A DNA stretch of 64,000 nucleotides from an uncultured archaeon. GTDB taxonomy: Archaea; Asgardarchaeota; Thorarchaeia; Thorarchaeales; Thorarchaeaceae. The notes beneath the pieces were generated by a model that worked only from the letters and a program-made list of their open reading frames with translations, was not told the origin of the DNA and did not search any database. The stretch is taken from contig CAZLEV010000005.1 in assembly GCA_964558645.1 (NCBI GenBank), positions 64,001 through 128,000 of the forward strand, in the 5' to 3' direction. Positions 18,601-27,675 of this stretch are shown piece by piece (position 1 is the first letter of the stretch; each line of letters opens with the position of its first letter). A program made the translations under genes and the position numbers.

Positions 18601-19511
18601 TCCTCCGAGATATTCTCGACAACTTGGGCCAGACCCTCATCTACAGAGCCTAGGTTCTCAGTTGTACGTGAGACCGAATCCTCTATGGAAGACTTCATGT
18701 TTGCAGACATCTTCTCCAAAACACTCTGTAACGCCACCTGGGAATCAGTCATTGCTTTCTCGACCACCGTCTTGGCCTGGTCAACCAAGGCAACCGCCTT
18801 TTCTCTGAGTTGAGATGCATTCTCTGATGCACTTGTCTTGTCCTTGTCCAGTGTTTCTGAGAATAAACCCTCGATCTCCTCCAGAGAGGAATGCATCGTC
18901 GCCTGAATGGAATCGAGCTCAGCCTGCAGCGTGGAGAGCTGCTCGCCTAGGTCACTATCGAGGGTAGCACCCATTGCGTCCAATACGGACTCTACTCGCT
19001 CGGAGAACCCTGTCAAGACTTTGTCAGCAACACTGCCAACAATCTCAATCTGGGATTGTACATTGTCAAGCATCTCGTCTTCATATACATCGAGTTCGTC
19101 CTTTAAACCGGCAACGGCCGATTTCCGACCTTCCGTGAAATCCGTGGATGTTTCTTTAGCCAACTCCAGTTGCTTGTCGATCCTGTTCTGTATTTGGTCT
19201 TCAAGAGAACTGGCCTCTTCAACAAAGGATGACAAAGTGCTTCCGACGGCCAAACTAGGTGAAATGGCCTGATAGACGGGCACAATCCCCTCAATTTCTG
19301 TAACAAGCCCCTTCTTCACCAATCGGCTTAGCGTTCTCTTGACACTGCTGAGGGTGTCACCGGTTATCACTGAGAGAGCTCCGGCCGTCATGTTGCCACC
19401 AACATAGACTGGTAACAATACTTCAGCCTCTTTCTTCGTTACTCCCAGATTCTTCTCTATCGTCGACATTTGTTTCTCCAATGCTGTATCTCCACTCATA
19501 CTGCATTCCAC
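15603..19511 (-). CDS. TrmB-family protein: wHTH, about 1,080-aa helical rod, and C-terminal TrmB effector/PLD-like domain
   Basis: N-terminus LGVTKKEAEV...LSRLVKKGLV...VYQAISP; C-terminus WYVSGADEIYAHMVEMAERAEESVLVSV. Confidence 0.8.
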   Translation of the reverse strand: MECSMSGDTALEKQMSTIEKNLGVTKKEAEVLLPVYVGGNMTAGALSVITGDTLSSVKRTLSRLVKKGLVTEIEGIVPVYQAISPSLAVGSTLSSFVEEASSLEDQIQNRIDKQLELAKETSTDFTEGRKSAVAGLKDELDVYEDEMLDNVQSQIEIVGSVADKVLTGFSERVESVLDAMGATLDSDLGEQLSTLQAELDSIQATMHSSLEEIEGLFSETLDKDKTSASENASQLREKAVALVDQAKTVVEKAMTDSQVALQSVLEKMSANMKSSIEDSVSRTTENLGSVDEGLAQVVENISEELRNNRVSAEKSLSELVDVNREHFREYAGVAGNRIGTTATLTDELVDEVEKWKDEVEADMASSGQSIAAQFEQIKATDVAYLEDIKNALGSHLERLASMISENHDELKTLVAGMQNRFGAHVTEARAEVIRLLDEQNASEQASIEEVRAKLQAKLDSWAEEGEQDVFSNLEGVINDVNDTLSVQADELKSLTSSMSSRLKSSFGTIQSSVKTKNETVLSGVSRFVNDLESGFGKTLEETVTEISSKIQKNIKETKNLYQTLNSQLDDRLAQSVSTLASQADRVQKEVDSTIDDQVQRIDRQAEEIRGEFHLNLEEMTRQFIALTQSLESTFNGLITSQTMESRDLISSAHTEFKNSIKTEIEALQADSLKLQQEYTSEIALRIDDIVNSVSMTRKSLNDFSVEKQAQLSEKLAGTHSMIESNLQAVEDNLDQIRHGTIKQMGENLVQTSREFETSVTGAQSNIQDRVADTRESVKNSFARTSASMRSTVDNYASEQADAKQRLLADTTKKIDRLSTEISNRSIESMESYQEQLVAREKEIIDIRRDVNDEISAAIEQRRDEANEAFDAAAQWVENALENVSTSSGALGNKLTEDIQLASQNLTKASEEVSDGISDRGEHTVEQFEKSVNTLLEKTSSSFKARLNEFQQATKTRLRTGTEAVSNLEKKLTATVEANLEDAGVWTQERKSDIIESLTSDREEYLDSVESLTTDYTSLVENASNRLERRREDLFEKTREAVVSSNLTASRRFENLALELKTKLSNDAYQLVEEMRNELGVKGTELREVVTKANNDASTKTSTLTEKRNDLLNHFESDTDKSAKTLLSSIRNDGKELKQGIEESVNTAKELATNTKDVLDAIHTASKSVLTLPSEKTWYVSGADEIYAHMVEMAERAEESVLVSVVNVESLDLKKLAKVNTPRRKVLVVPRSEEQPAALKNLAGWRVWETDHPYDMALCDQKELLLGGSTDGGRPVALVSSDPAYLRLYHDVLGPRLVESRRS

Positions 19512-19534
19512 TCCATTGCTCAGAACGTATAGTT

Positions 19535-20350
19535 CTATTCGCTTGACCTCTCTCCCACTAGTTCAGAGATCTTCACAAAGACCTTGGCAAGAACGCCCGT
19601 TTCGATCGATCTGTCCGGCCCTTCGCTTATCGTCTCGACTATCACATGTGTGCTATCATCTAGGCGCTGCACAACGAAACTCTCGAAATGCGACTCCAGA
19701 ATCTCACCAAGTTCCTTCTCCATGTCGGAGGGGGGCACATCGCCCGCATTGATGTCCAACTCCCACCAGTTGATTGTCAGATCAGTAGACTCTGCTTCCA
19801 GATCGTAATATCGTGCAAACAGGTCCACGTACATACGGAATGTGTCATAATCGTCGATAGCATATTCTTCAGGATTGAGAACAACAATTCCACGAGAGAA
19901 ATCGAAATGGAACAAGAGGTCATCGCCCATGATAAGGAAGAGGTCATTGGCTCTCACTCGGGCCATTCGACTCCATATCTTGGTGAATCTTGATGTGAAC
20001 TGCCTTATCGAACTCATCCGCAGCGCAGAAAGCATGTCCTTTATGGGAAGACGTCTGTCACTCATACGTCGACCCTTACGCTCGAGAATGTACCTTCGCA
20101 GCTGTCCAAGGTACTGTGAATAGCAGAATGACGGCAGATCCTGAGTCTCTACACCGAGTTCGATGAACATGTTCAAGAGGTTTCTGTCTTTGCAGGATGG
20201 CCGAACAGTACAGCTCAGCCTGTCTTCTTGGCAAGCCTTGCACTTCTCCTCATAAAGGGAGATCAGCTCGGCAGCTAGCTCATTGTCTGCCGACTTGCCA
20301 AGGAGTCTAACGCGTTCAGCTAGTTCGTCTTTGTGCTGTTTAAGCTGCAT
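19535..20350 (-). CDS. Hypothetical protein with an N-terminal Cys cluster (putative Zn site)
   Basis: CKAC-x6-C-x5-C and FCY; ends 23 nt before the start of the TrmB-rod gene. Confidence 0.75.
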   Translation of the reverse strand: MQLKQHKDELAERVRLLGKSADNELAAELISLYEEKCKACQEDRLSCTVRPSCKDRNLLNMFIELGVETQDLPSFCYSQYLGQLRRYILERKGRRMSDRRLPIKDMLSALRMSSIRQFTSRFTKIWSRMARVRANDLFLIMGDDLLFHFDFSRGIVVLNPEEYAIDDYDTFRMYVDLFARYYDLEAESTDLTINWWELDINAGDVPPSDMEKELGEILESHFESFVVQRLDDSTHVIVETISEGPDRSIETGVLAKVFVKISELVGERSSE

Positions 20351-20487
20351 CTATTCTCAACTCAGGACTGTTTGATGACATATACAAATACTCTTGAGAG
20401 AGTGTTGTAGCACAATACCTAGGGTCTTGTGGTCAAGCTCTAAATGATGATAATATCAACGAAAAGATAAATCTATGGACATGTAAT

Positions 20488-21507
20488 CTAGTCGTCACTG
20501 ACTTCTTTCAGCTTTGTAGTCCATGTGCGTATGTCCTTGTTCAGTCTTGCAATGTCATTCTCATTCAACGTAGCAGTTGGCGGGTATGACTTCAGCTCTC
20601 GCGCCACTTTCCCGACTTGATGCAAGACAGGTGTGTGCATTGAAATCAGCTCTGTAAGCTCATCACGCACCCGTTCAAGAGCAGAACCCATATCTCTGGC
20701 CTCAGTCTTCGAATCGACCTTCTTCAGAAGGGTATCCATAAGTTCATCAACTGTTGATTCTGAAACGACCTTACTAGGCTCCGCGGGCTCCTTGGGGCTC
20801 TTCTTTTTAGCCTTAGACTTTTTTCCCGACTCTCGCGGTGATGACTCTGCAGAGTCGGCAAGTTGTTGAACAGATGAAATCACTTCATCAATCTTGTCAA
20901 GAGACTTGTTGTACTTCCTTTCGAGATCATCAAGCTGACGGACAAGGATTCCAACGATCTCTTTCGTATCTCCCTGCGCACTGGCCAGATCCTTCACTCT
21001 CTCTTCTAGAGTGGAGAGGCTGGCCACATATTGCTGCAAATCATCGATCTTCTTCCCCAACACCTCCGACTCCTTGCTCTCGCTGAGCTCCTCAACCTTT
21101 GACTGGAGCTCTTCTAGAAATTCGCTCATGCTCTCAATCTTTGCCTCAACATCAACGAGTTGTTTCTGGGTCTGATCTTCTGCCATCTTGGCGAGGATAC
21201 TCTGGAGCGATGATGTCACTGCGTTGACTTTTTCATCTATCTCTTCAATCTCCTTAGAGTTGTCCAGAGATGAAAGCTTCTTGTCAAGCTCCTTCATATT
21301 GTCCAGAAGATCATCCACTTTGGAGAGAGCTGCTACTTCTTTCTGTACGGCCTTGACCTCATCTGTCAGGGAATCAACAGTCTTGCTCATGTCAGCTAAA
21401 TCCGAGAGTGGTTTAAGTTCCTTGAATAGCTTATCTACTTCTTCAGACAGCTTGTCGACTTTTTTCTCAAGATTGTCCATTTGCTTTGACTGGTCTGTCG
21501 ACATCAT
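20488..21507 (-). CDS. Coiled-coil protein with a C-terminal helical domain
   Basis: About 220 aa of heptad-like K/E/L/D sequence, a basic linker, then a helical bundle. Confidence 0.8.
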   Translation of the reverse strand: MMSTDQSKQMDNLEKKVDKLSEEVDKLFKELKPLSDLADMSKTVDSLTDEVKAVQKEVAALSKVDDLLDNMKELDKKLSSLDNSKEIEEIDEKVNAVTSSLQSILAKMAEDQTQKQLVDVEAKIESMSEFLEELQSKVEELSESKESEVLGKKIDDLQQYVASLSTLEERVKDLASAQGDTKEIVGILVRQLDDLERKYNKSLDKIDEVISSVQQLADSAESSPRESGKKSKAKKKSPKEPAEPSKVVSESTVDELMDTLLKKVDSKTEARDMGSALERVRDELTELISMHTPVLHQVGKVARELKSYPPTATLNENDIARLNKDIRTWTTKLKEVSDD

Positions 21508-21611
21508 TTCCCCTCATTTCTGTGGAGCCAGTCTGAGAAAGAACACGAGTCAGTATTTAGCCTTTCGGGGGTCTTATGCGAAAAGAAGAAACAAGAAACA
21601 TGCAAGGAGTG

Positions 21612-22439
21612 TTACCCCTCCCGGATTATTTCAATACCCAGCTGTTCTAGCATCGGAATGAACATATCACGTTGCTTTGCATTCGTTCCCTTCCAGTCAA
21701 CTACGGCGGCAATGACCTTCTCTGCGGACCGATGAATCATCTGATCCACGACCTCCTCCGTTATGCCGTCCAGAGCATACTTGGGAGCCATATGCCCGAC
21801 CCTGTATTCCCCCGAGAGAACTAGTTTGTTGAACTTGCTAGCGTAGTGAGTGCCCCCAAATCCTATGACGCTTGCAGTCCCAATGGGAGCATCCGCACAC
21901 CTCATGACAGCCTCAGCAACGACACTTGCCCCCTCTTCATGCGTCCAGTAGTGTTCATCACTACCGAGCTCTACAAAGAGCATTGGTGTATCAAGTGCGG
22001 TGGGTCCGTGATGAGTTACCTCAAGCGAAACGTCGAAATCCGAGAGATTGCGCTCGTTTCTCTCGTGGTAAAGGGTTTGAAGTGCTACTGAGACCAAAGA
22101 TGCAACTGATACAGACAGCGAGTAGGGACGGCCTCCAAATGCAGCCTCAGCTCCAAGATTACCCGTGCTGTGAACAAGCAGAGATGGTTTTCCTGATTCG
22201 GAGCGATGACGAGAACAGAAAATGAAGACCTCAGCTTCCAAGTATCTCTCAAGATGGTCGGAATAGATGAGATCGCGATTAGACGTGACGAGCTGAACTG
22301 AGCCATTGTGCGCCATGACAGGATGACCGTCGAATTCACTCTCGGTCTCAGTGAACCCATGTTCATCTATGAGAGCTTGTCTTATCGTCTGGCTGGCCAA
22401 GTCATGCTCAGACGTCACGAGTATCCTCAGAACCAACAC
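21612..22439 (-). CDS. dtdA: D-aminoacyl-tRNA deacylase (archaeal DTD2/GEK1)
   Basis: SRHRSESG, VHSTGN, EVTHHGPT, FVELGS, GFGGTHYA and GHMAPKY. Confidence 0.93.
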   Translation of the reverse strand: MLVLRILVTSEHDLASQTIRQALIDEHGFTETESEFDGHPVMAHNGSVQLVTSNRDLIYSDHLERYLEAEVFIFCSRHRSESGKPSLLVHSTGNLGAEAAFGGRPYSLSVSVASLVSVALQTLYHERNERNLSDFDVSLEVTHHGPTALDTPMLFVELGSDEHYWTHEEGASVVAEAVMRCADAPIGTASVIGFGGTHYASKFNKLVLSGEYRVGHMAPKYALDGITEEVVDQMIHRSAEKVIAAVVDWKGTNAKQRDMFIPMLEQLGIEIIREG

Positions 22440-23697
22440 CTTCAGGTAAGTTAACGATGCACTCCTTGAGGAGGGGCTCCAGAGTCACACCCAGATCAAT
22501 CGTGACTTTCTTGCCCAGATTCTTGGCTATCTCAGCCTCAATGCGCCTCTTGAAGTCCTCAGCTTTTTCGAGCTGCTTCTTGATGTCGTCGCGAATTCGA
22601 AGCAGGTCGTTGTTATGATACTGAACATTCTTCTCTGCTTCTCGGACCATTCCCTCAAGTTCCGCGGTCTTACGGTATATCTCGGACCCGGCATACTCCT
22701 TCCTCTTGCGGTCTATCTCCTTTGCCTTGTCCTGGTATTCCTGTAGCTCGCCTTTCTTGATGAGCTCTATCTCCTCTATAGCCCTTCTTGCCAATCGATC
22801 TTTCAATGGGAATGCATCGCGCTCGATGGCGGTCTCCATCGCCTGCAAACCCTCCAGTAATCCCGGACAGCCATCGGGTTCCTCCACGATAGCCTCGAAG
22901 GGGTCATCGAAATAGTCTGTCAGGGCCTTCTGGCCAGATGGACTCACTCGGACACCGGTATCGTGCTGCAGAAACTTCTTGATAGGCTTCTTGAGTGTGT
23001 TCAGTTTCATCCTCAGAACGCTGCCGATATGCTCGGACTCTTCATCAAGACTGAGAACCTCAGAGACATTGGATTCGTTCTTGAACTTCTCCAGTTCTTT
23101 CTTTGCAGCCAGATAGTCCTCTTCCGCCTGTTTGATTTTCATCTTCGTCTGGCGTATGTCTTCCTGAATAATGTCCTTGCTGAAGGTGAGTTCCCGTAGG
23201 GTTTGGATGCGTTCAGCCGTACGTTCCAAGTCTTGTACCCAGCTGTACTCGTACAGGAGCTTCCCAATGATCTTCAGTTCCTTGCTCAGCTCTTTCATGT
23301 AATCATCCAGCTGCTTTATGGTGCCCTTGTGCTTCTTGTCCATGCGCTTGATCCAGCGAGCACCAGCCCCCCAGAGTTCTTGGATGAAGTGTTGAATCTC
23401 CTCCATCATCTGCTCAGTACTCTCGTAAGATATCTCTTGGCTGACGTCAAAATCCTCAACGACACTGTCAATCTTCAGGGCAAAACGTACTGCTATGCCT
23501 ACTGACTCTTGGTCTTCATCTTCGGCACTTGCTTCCCTCAGTTCTGATGCAACTGCCTGAACGTCCTTAAGGGCCCTGTCAACATTGCGGTAACTCCTCT
23601 CAGCCTTCTTCCTGAAGTCCTGCGACTTCTTCTCCAGTTCTCTGTTGTACCATAATTCCAGCTGCGCAAGAGTCAGTTCCGTCATTCCCGAAGACAC
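22408..23697 (-). CDS. Coiled-coil-rich hypothetical protein
   Basis: 429-aa K/E-rich helical ORF whose stop overlaps the dtdA start. Confidence 0.8.
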   Translation of the reverse strand: MSSGMTELTLAQLELWYNRELEKKSQDFRKKAERSYRNVDRALKDVQAVASELREASAEDEDQESVGIAVRFALKIDSVVEDFDVSQEISYESTEQMMEEIQHFIQELWGAGARWIKRMDKKHKGTIKQLDDYMKELSKELKIIGKLLYEYSWVQDLERTAERIQTLRELTFSKDIIQEDIRQTKMKIKQAEEDYLAAKKELEKFKNESNVSEVLSLDEESEHIGSVLRMKLNTLKKPIKKFLQHDTGVRVSPSGQKALTDYFDDPFEAIVEEPDGCPGLLEGLQAMETAIERDAFPLKDRLARRAIEEIELIKKGELQEYQDKAKEIDRKRKEYAGSEIYRKTAELEGMVREAEKNVQYHNNDLLRIRDDIKKQLEKAEDFKRRIEAEIAKNLGKKVTIDLGVTLEPLLKECIVNLPEGVGSEDTRDV

Positions 23698-23984
23698 CTA
23701 GACAAGTAGTCGCCTTCTGTGTGATTTATCAACTTTGCGAACTACTCAACTGCGCACCGGACTCCAACGTGCAGATAATGTTATTCATGCCACAGATTAC
23801 GTTTATAACACTCCAAAAGAAGGGATAGTCAGTAAATGAAACGTGGTCTCTAATGACGGAAATCATGGAAACCGGCCGACGCTTCCCACGACTGGACATT
23901 GCGTATGCAATCGAATGTATGTCATGAGGCAAAGGTCGCACAGGTTTCTACATCAAGAGGCTGAGTTACATAGACTCCGACTCA

Positions 23985-24656
23985 ATGGAACAACTGCTAC
24001 TCAAGAATCCAGCTGATAATCAGAGTGGGTTCTGGGTGTCATACAAATACAATGGTCAGCTATGCAGGGTGAGCTCCACAGAGACCGAGTGCTTCTCAGA
24101 TGTCAAGACGGCACCCGACGGCGAGAAGCTTATCGTGACCTTGGACCACACTCCTCTCGATTCGGTCGAGAAAGTCATGCGATTCAAAATAGAGCTCTGG
24201 AGCTTCGAGAAGCCTATGCTATTCATCAAGCACACATCGGCGAACATGAGTAAGGCACCTATCGAAGATCTAAAGCTCTTTAACCTCATGGACTTCGACC
24301 TCGGAGGACCAACTAGCTATAAAGATGACATGGGAGCGTTCGATGCCAAAGGCGGAGTCATGAGGGTCTGTGATGACACACCACTATGCGTAGTTCTGAC
24401 GTCTAGACCCACTCCCGATGGCTGGGAGATCTCGGCTCCAACGAAACTGCGACTTTCCGAGACTGACCGGGACCTCAAGAATAATCTTGAGCTTGGCCCA
24501 CAAGACGTTGCCACAGGGCTGCAATGGAACTTGGGCAACATCGATGCAGGCGAATCGAAATCAGTGTCCCTAGTGATGACGGTCGGACAGAATACTGAAG
24601 AGGCGGATAAGCTCCTTCCAAAGGCCTGGGAAGAGTTCGACACGAAGATACGATGA
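23985..24656 (+). CDS. Hypothetical beta-rich protein
   Basis: 223-aa ORF with MDFDLGG and GLQWNLGNIDAGES; no confident family. Confidence 0.7.
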   Translation: MEQLLLKNPADNQSGFWVSYKYNGQLCRVSSTETECFSDVKTAPDGEKLIVTLDHTPLDSVEKVMRFKIELWSFEKPMLFIKHTSANMSKAPIEDLKLFNLMDFDLGGPTSYKDDMGAFDAKGGVMRVCDDTPLCVVLTSRPTPDGWEISAPTKLRLSETDRDLKNNLELGPQDVATGLQWNLGNIDAGESKSVSLVMTVGQNTEEADKLLPKAWEEFDTKIR

Positions 24657-24743
24657 CGTCGGTGCGTAAAGCACTGCAGCACCGACCGAGAAAGGGAAGC
24701 CCCCTTTATCTTCTACGTGCGTGTCCCCTAGAGAAAAAAGTCA

Positions 24744-24771
24744 AGACGGGAAATCAAGAGACCTCCCGTCT
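24744..24771. terminator. Hairpin between convergent genes
   Basis: AGACGGGA...TCCCGTCT; an A-run at about 24734-24739 gives a U-tract on the minus strand. Confidence 0.45.
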
Positions 24772-24775
24772 CAGT

Positions 24776-25198
24776 TCACATGCTGTGTTGCGTTTCAAGG
24801 TGATGCACCAAGAGTCGTGCAGAAGAGCTTAGTTGAGCACTACGCCCTCTGTTCTCGGAATCACCACCATCCAACAGCCCCAGGTCCATGAGCGACCGCA
24901 AGTTCCACTTCGTCGTGGAATATGGCACATCTGTTCTCCTTGAGACCATGTCAGCCAAGGCCGTCACAGTCACATCATGATGGCGTAACAGTGAGGCACT
25001 CACTCTCAGAACCAGTTTCTGAGTGTCGCTCAACCTGGCCTCTGCTAGCTTGAGGAACGAAGCCACAACACTCTCGAAGGAAGGCATCTGATAGAAATAG
25101 CTGTCTCCGAAGACCTCACGGTCACTTGAGAACACATTCACCTCTGGGGTGAATTTCATTGTCACCCTTTCGGTCGCTGACCCGACACTGATGGGCAT
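24776..25198 (-). CDS. Winged-helix DNA-binding protein
   Basis: LSDTQKLVL..., TVTALAD...VPYSTTKWNLRSLMDLGLL and AQLS. Confidence 0.75.
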   Translation of the reverse strand: MPISVGSATERVTMKFTPEVNVFSSDREVFGDSYFYQMPSFESVVASFLKLAEARLSDTQKLVLRVSASLLRHHDVTVTALADMVSRRTDVPYSTTKWNLRSLMDLGLLDGGDSENRGRSAQLSSSARLLVHHLETQHSM

Positions 25199-25307
25199 CT
25201 GTTGCTGAATTGGTACCCATTTCGCTTTTTCACCTCATTCTCTTATTTGGGTCAGGTTTAGGTCTGCAGAATTCGCACTTAAACCTTGAGGAAAAGAGTA
25301 CGCGACA

Positions 25308-25802
25308 TCAGGTCATCTCTTCAGGAATCTCAAGACCTAAACTCTTGAGTTTGGCGAAACCCTTGCTGTAGAGGCTCATATGGTGACGTATGTCTTCCTC
25401 AGTGTCCGCGATGGCTTCAAGTGCACCTGCAATGTCGTCAAGTCCTCCAGCCCGGTAGTCATCCATCATCTCGGCAACAATGTCACTCATTCGCAACATT
25501 GCATCCTGTATCACCCCGCTCAGGCTGATCATTGACTGTACCGTCTCACGAGTAGAAGGGTCTGGCATATACGGGAGGAAATCCTCAAGCGCAATGCTTG
25601 CCTGTCTGCAACTCTCAATCCTGCCAGGTATCAGTTCGTCCTGCATCTTCTGCATCCATCCCAGCCGCTCTTCACTGGTCAAATCGCGAAGACTGGCGGG
25701 GGAGAAGTAGGTAGTCCAAGGGCCAAATTCCTCGGTCTCATAGTAGATCCAGTTGTCAAAGGCTGACAGCACTGTCTTCCATCCCACAGACATCTCGGAC
25801 AT
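25308..25802 (-). CDS. Hypothetical helical protein
   Basis: 164-aa ORF that fills the intergenic space. Confidence 0.7.
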   Translation of the reverse strand: MSEMSVGWKTVLSAFDNWIYYETEEFGPWTTYFSPASLRDLTSEERLGWMQKMQDELIPGRIESCRQASIALEDFLPYMPDPSTRETVQSMISLSGVIQDAMLRMSDIVAEMMDDYRAGGLDDIAGALEAIADTEEDIRHHMSLYSKGFAKLKSLGLEIPEEMT

Positions 25803-25844
25803 TTTTGTTCACATACTGGTATTTGCTTCATGTTTTAAAGTAAC

Positions 25845-26534
25845 GTGGAGGACATGGGTTATGACATGAACGACACAATTCAGCACATCCTTGGGCTGTT
25901 AAAGGAGAGTAAGGACCGAGATGTAGTCCTCCTTGCAGATACTGTAGATATGAGGTTGCTCCGAGAGCTAGGTATGAGAGATTTTGACGATGGACAGTGG
26001 ACCGTTACAAGGGAAGAGCGGATTGACCTCGCCGCGACAGCGGTCTCACATGGTATCGATGTGGAGAGAGTTGTGAAACTGATGAGTTGGAAAGACTTCG
26101 AGGGTTTCGTGGGGAGGGTCTTGGACGAGAATGGCTACATATATGCAGAGAGCTTCAGGAAGAGGGGAACTGACGAGACCGAAGGGATGGAGATCGATGT
26201 CGTAGGAGTGAAGGGGAACAGAATCCTCTCGTTGGATGCGAAGATGTGGGGAGACCGGTCAGGCAAGACATCAGCGCTTGCAGCTGCAGCAGAGAAACAG
26301 GCAACACGAACCAGCAAACTGGGGACCGAACTGGAGCGGCTTCAGAAGAAGATTGGAGTCTTGAGACCGGGTGAATACAATCTCTTACCTGCAATCGTGA
26401 CCTGGCTTGTTGAAGATATTCAGTTTCATGAGGGAGTGCCTATCGTACCGATATTCAAGCTCAATGCATTCCTTCTCGAGCTTGACAGGTTCACCCATTC
26501 CATGATAGGCTACAAGATCAAGGTGGATTCATAG
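25845..26534 (+). CDS. Restriction-endonuclease-like (Mrr/PD-(D/E)XK) domain protein
   Basis: WKDFEGFVGRVL..NGY and EIDVVG....ILSLDAKMW. Confidence 0.75.
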   Translation: MEDMGYDMNDTIQHILGLLKESKDRDVVLLADTVDMRLLRELGMRDFDDGQWTVTREERIDLAATAVSHGIDVERVVKLMSWKDFEGFVGRVLDENGYIYAESFRKRGTDETEGMEIDVVGVKGNRILSLDAKMWGDRSGKTSALAAAAEKQATRTSKLGTELERLQKKIGVLRPGEYNLLPAIVTWLVEDIQFHEGVPIVPIFKLNAFLLELDRFTHSMIGYKIKVDS

Positions 26535-27581
26535 TTTCAGTGTTTCTTTCGTCTTCTCGGGAAGAAGCAGCGTATTCTTTACCGTATCCAGTAGAAGCAC
26601 GGTGACCAACGTGTCAATCTCTGCTTCAAGTCCCTCTCTCATAGAAGGGTAGCTATAGAGATTTCGCTTCGTGGCCTCTGCCAATGATTCCACACGTTTC
26701 TCAGGACAATCAGGAAGCTCCTTTTCGAGTGCAGAAGCATCATGTGCAAGTCGCTTGATTACCGTGCCCAATATCGGGTCATTGACCGACTCTGCGGTCA
26801 TGCATGCCTTCCCAGCACCACAGGCCGGACCATCACAGTCAAAGCTACCATGAGCAAATATCAGCACGCTCCTATCTTGAGGAGTCCCTTCCAGCCAGAC
26901 TTCAAAGAAGGAGTCCAACTGCTGGGTCTCATCGGGTCTACCGCTGTACTGTGGGATGTGCCCACCGAGCGACTCGATAGCCATGGGCAGTCCTTCTGGT
27001 GTGGGAGGCGGCTCGACACGAGAGTCAGAGCAGACTGTCGCCAATACCTTCGGATCGATGTTTCTTGGCCGCTTCGTTTTGGCAGCAAGATCGGCCTCCA
27101 ACGAGAGGTCGCGGAGACCATCGTGGTCCAAAGCCTCAACCACTCCCCTGGTATAGTCAGCACTGAAACAAACAATGGGGATATTCTGAGCACCCGGATG
27201 GCGGACGAGGTTCCTCACGGACTCGTCACAGATTGACGGGTCTTCATTCTTGTCAAATGTCATGATGATGGCACGATGACGCGGAAAACCGCTGTTATAG
27301 GCAACAGGTCCACCGTAAAGGAACAGGGAGTCCTCCACGGGAAGAAGGGGAAATCCAGGAACTCGCGTTCCATGGAATGCGTCGCCCTGCAAAAGGGAGA
27401 GAAGTTCCAGGTCCTGCAGGCTGTGAGTGATGGGAGATATCAGCATATACTCGGGCGACTGGCCTCGTCTAGCAGTGTTCATCCTACGGACCAGTTCTGG
27501 ATCAGACAGTTTCTTCTGCAACTCTCGGTCTGCTATGGCCAGAACCTCGTTAATCACAACTCTACACCAAGATGCACGCAT
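26529..27581 (-). CDS. Divergent tandem beta-carbonic-anhydrase-like protein
   Basis: C-terminal half has VCSDSRV and H...CGA; N-terminal half RGQSPEY...GDAF is a degenerate copy. Confidence 0.55.
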   Translation of the reverse strand: MRASWCRVVINEVLAIADRELQKKLSDPELVRRMNTARRGQSPEYMLISPITHSLQDLELLSLLQGDAFHGTRVPGFPLLPVEDSLFLYGGPVAYNSGFPRHRAIIMTFDKNEDPSICDESVRNLVRHPGAQNIPIVCFSADYTRGVVEALDHDGLRDLSLEADLAAKTKRPRNIDPKVLATVCSDSRVEPPPTPEGLPMAIESLGGHIPQYSGRPDETQQLDSFFEVWLEGTPQDRSVLIFAHGSFDCDGPACGAGKACMTAESVNDPILGTVIKRLAHDASALEKELPDCPEKRVESLAEATKRNLYSYPSMREGLEAEIDTLVTVLLLDTVKNTLLLPEKTKETLKL

Positions 27582-27675
27582 ACAGTGCCTGACTTAACCG
27601 TTACGCCTCAGCAACATGTTCTTATGCTCCGTCTTGAGTGAGACCTCAGATTAGAGCACCACAGAGTGATGAACA

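Noticed and set aside
16015-19272. Several long plus-strand Ser-rich ORFs
   Set aside because: Antisense shadows of the Glu/Lys-rich coiled-coil gene.
25845-26534. Mrr-like nuclease as part of a defence system
   Set aside because: Solitary gene in a housekeeping context with no methylase or ATPase partner.
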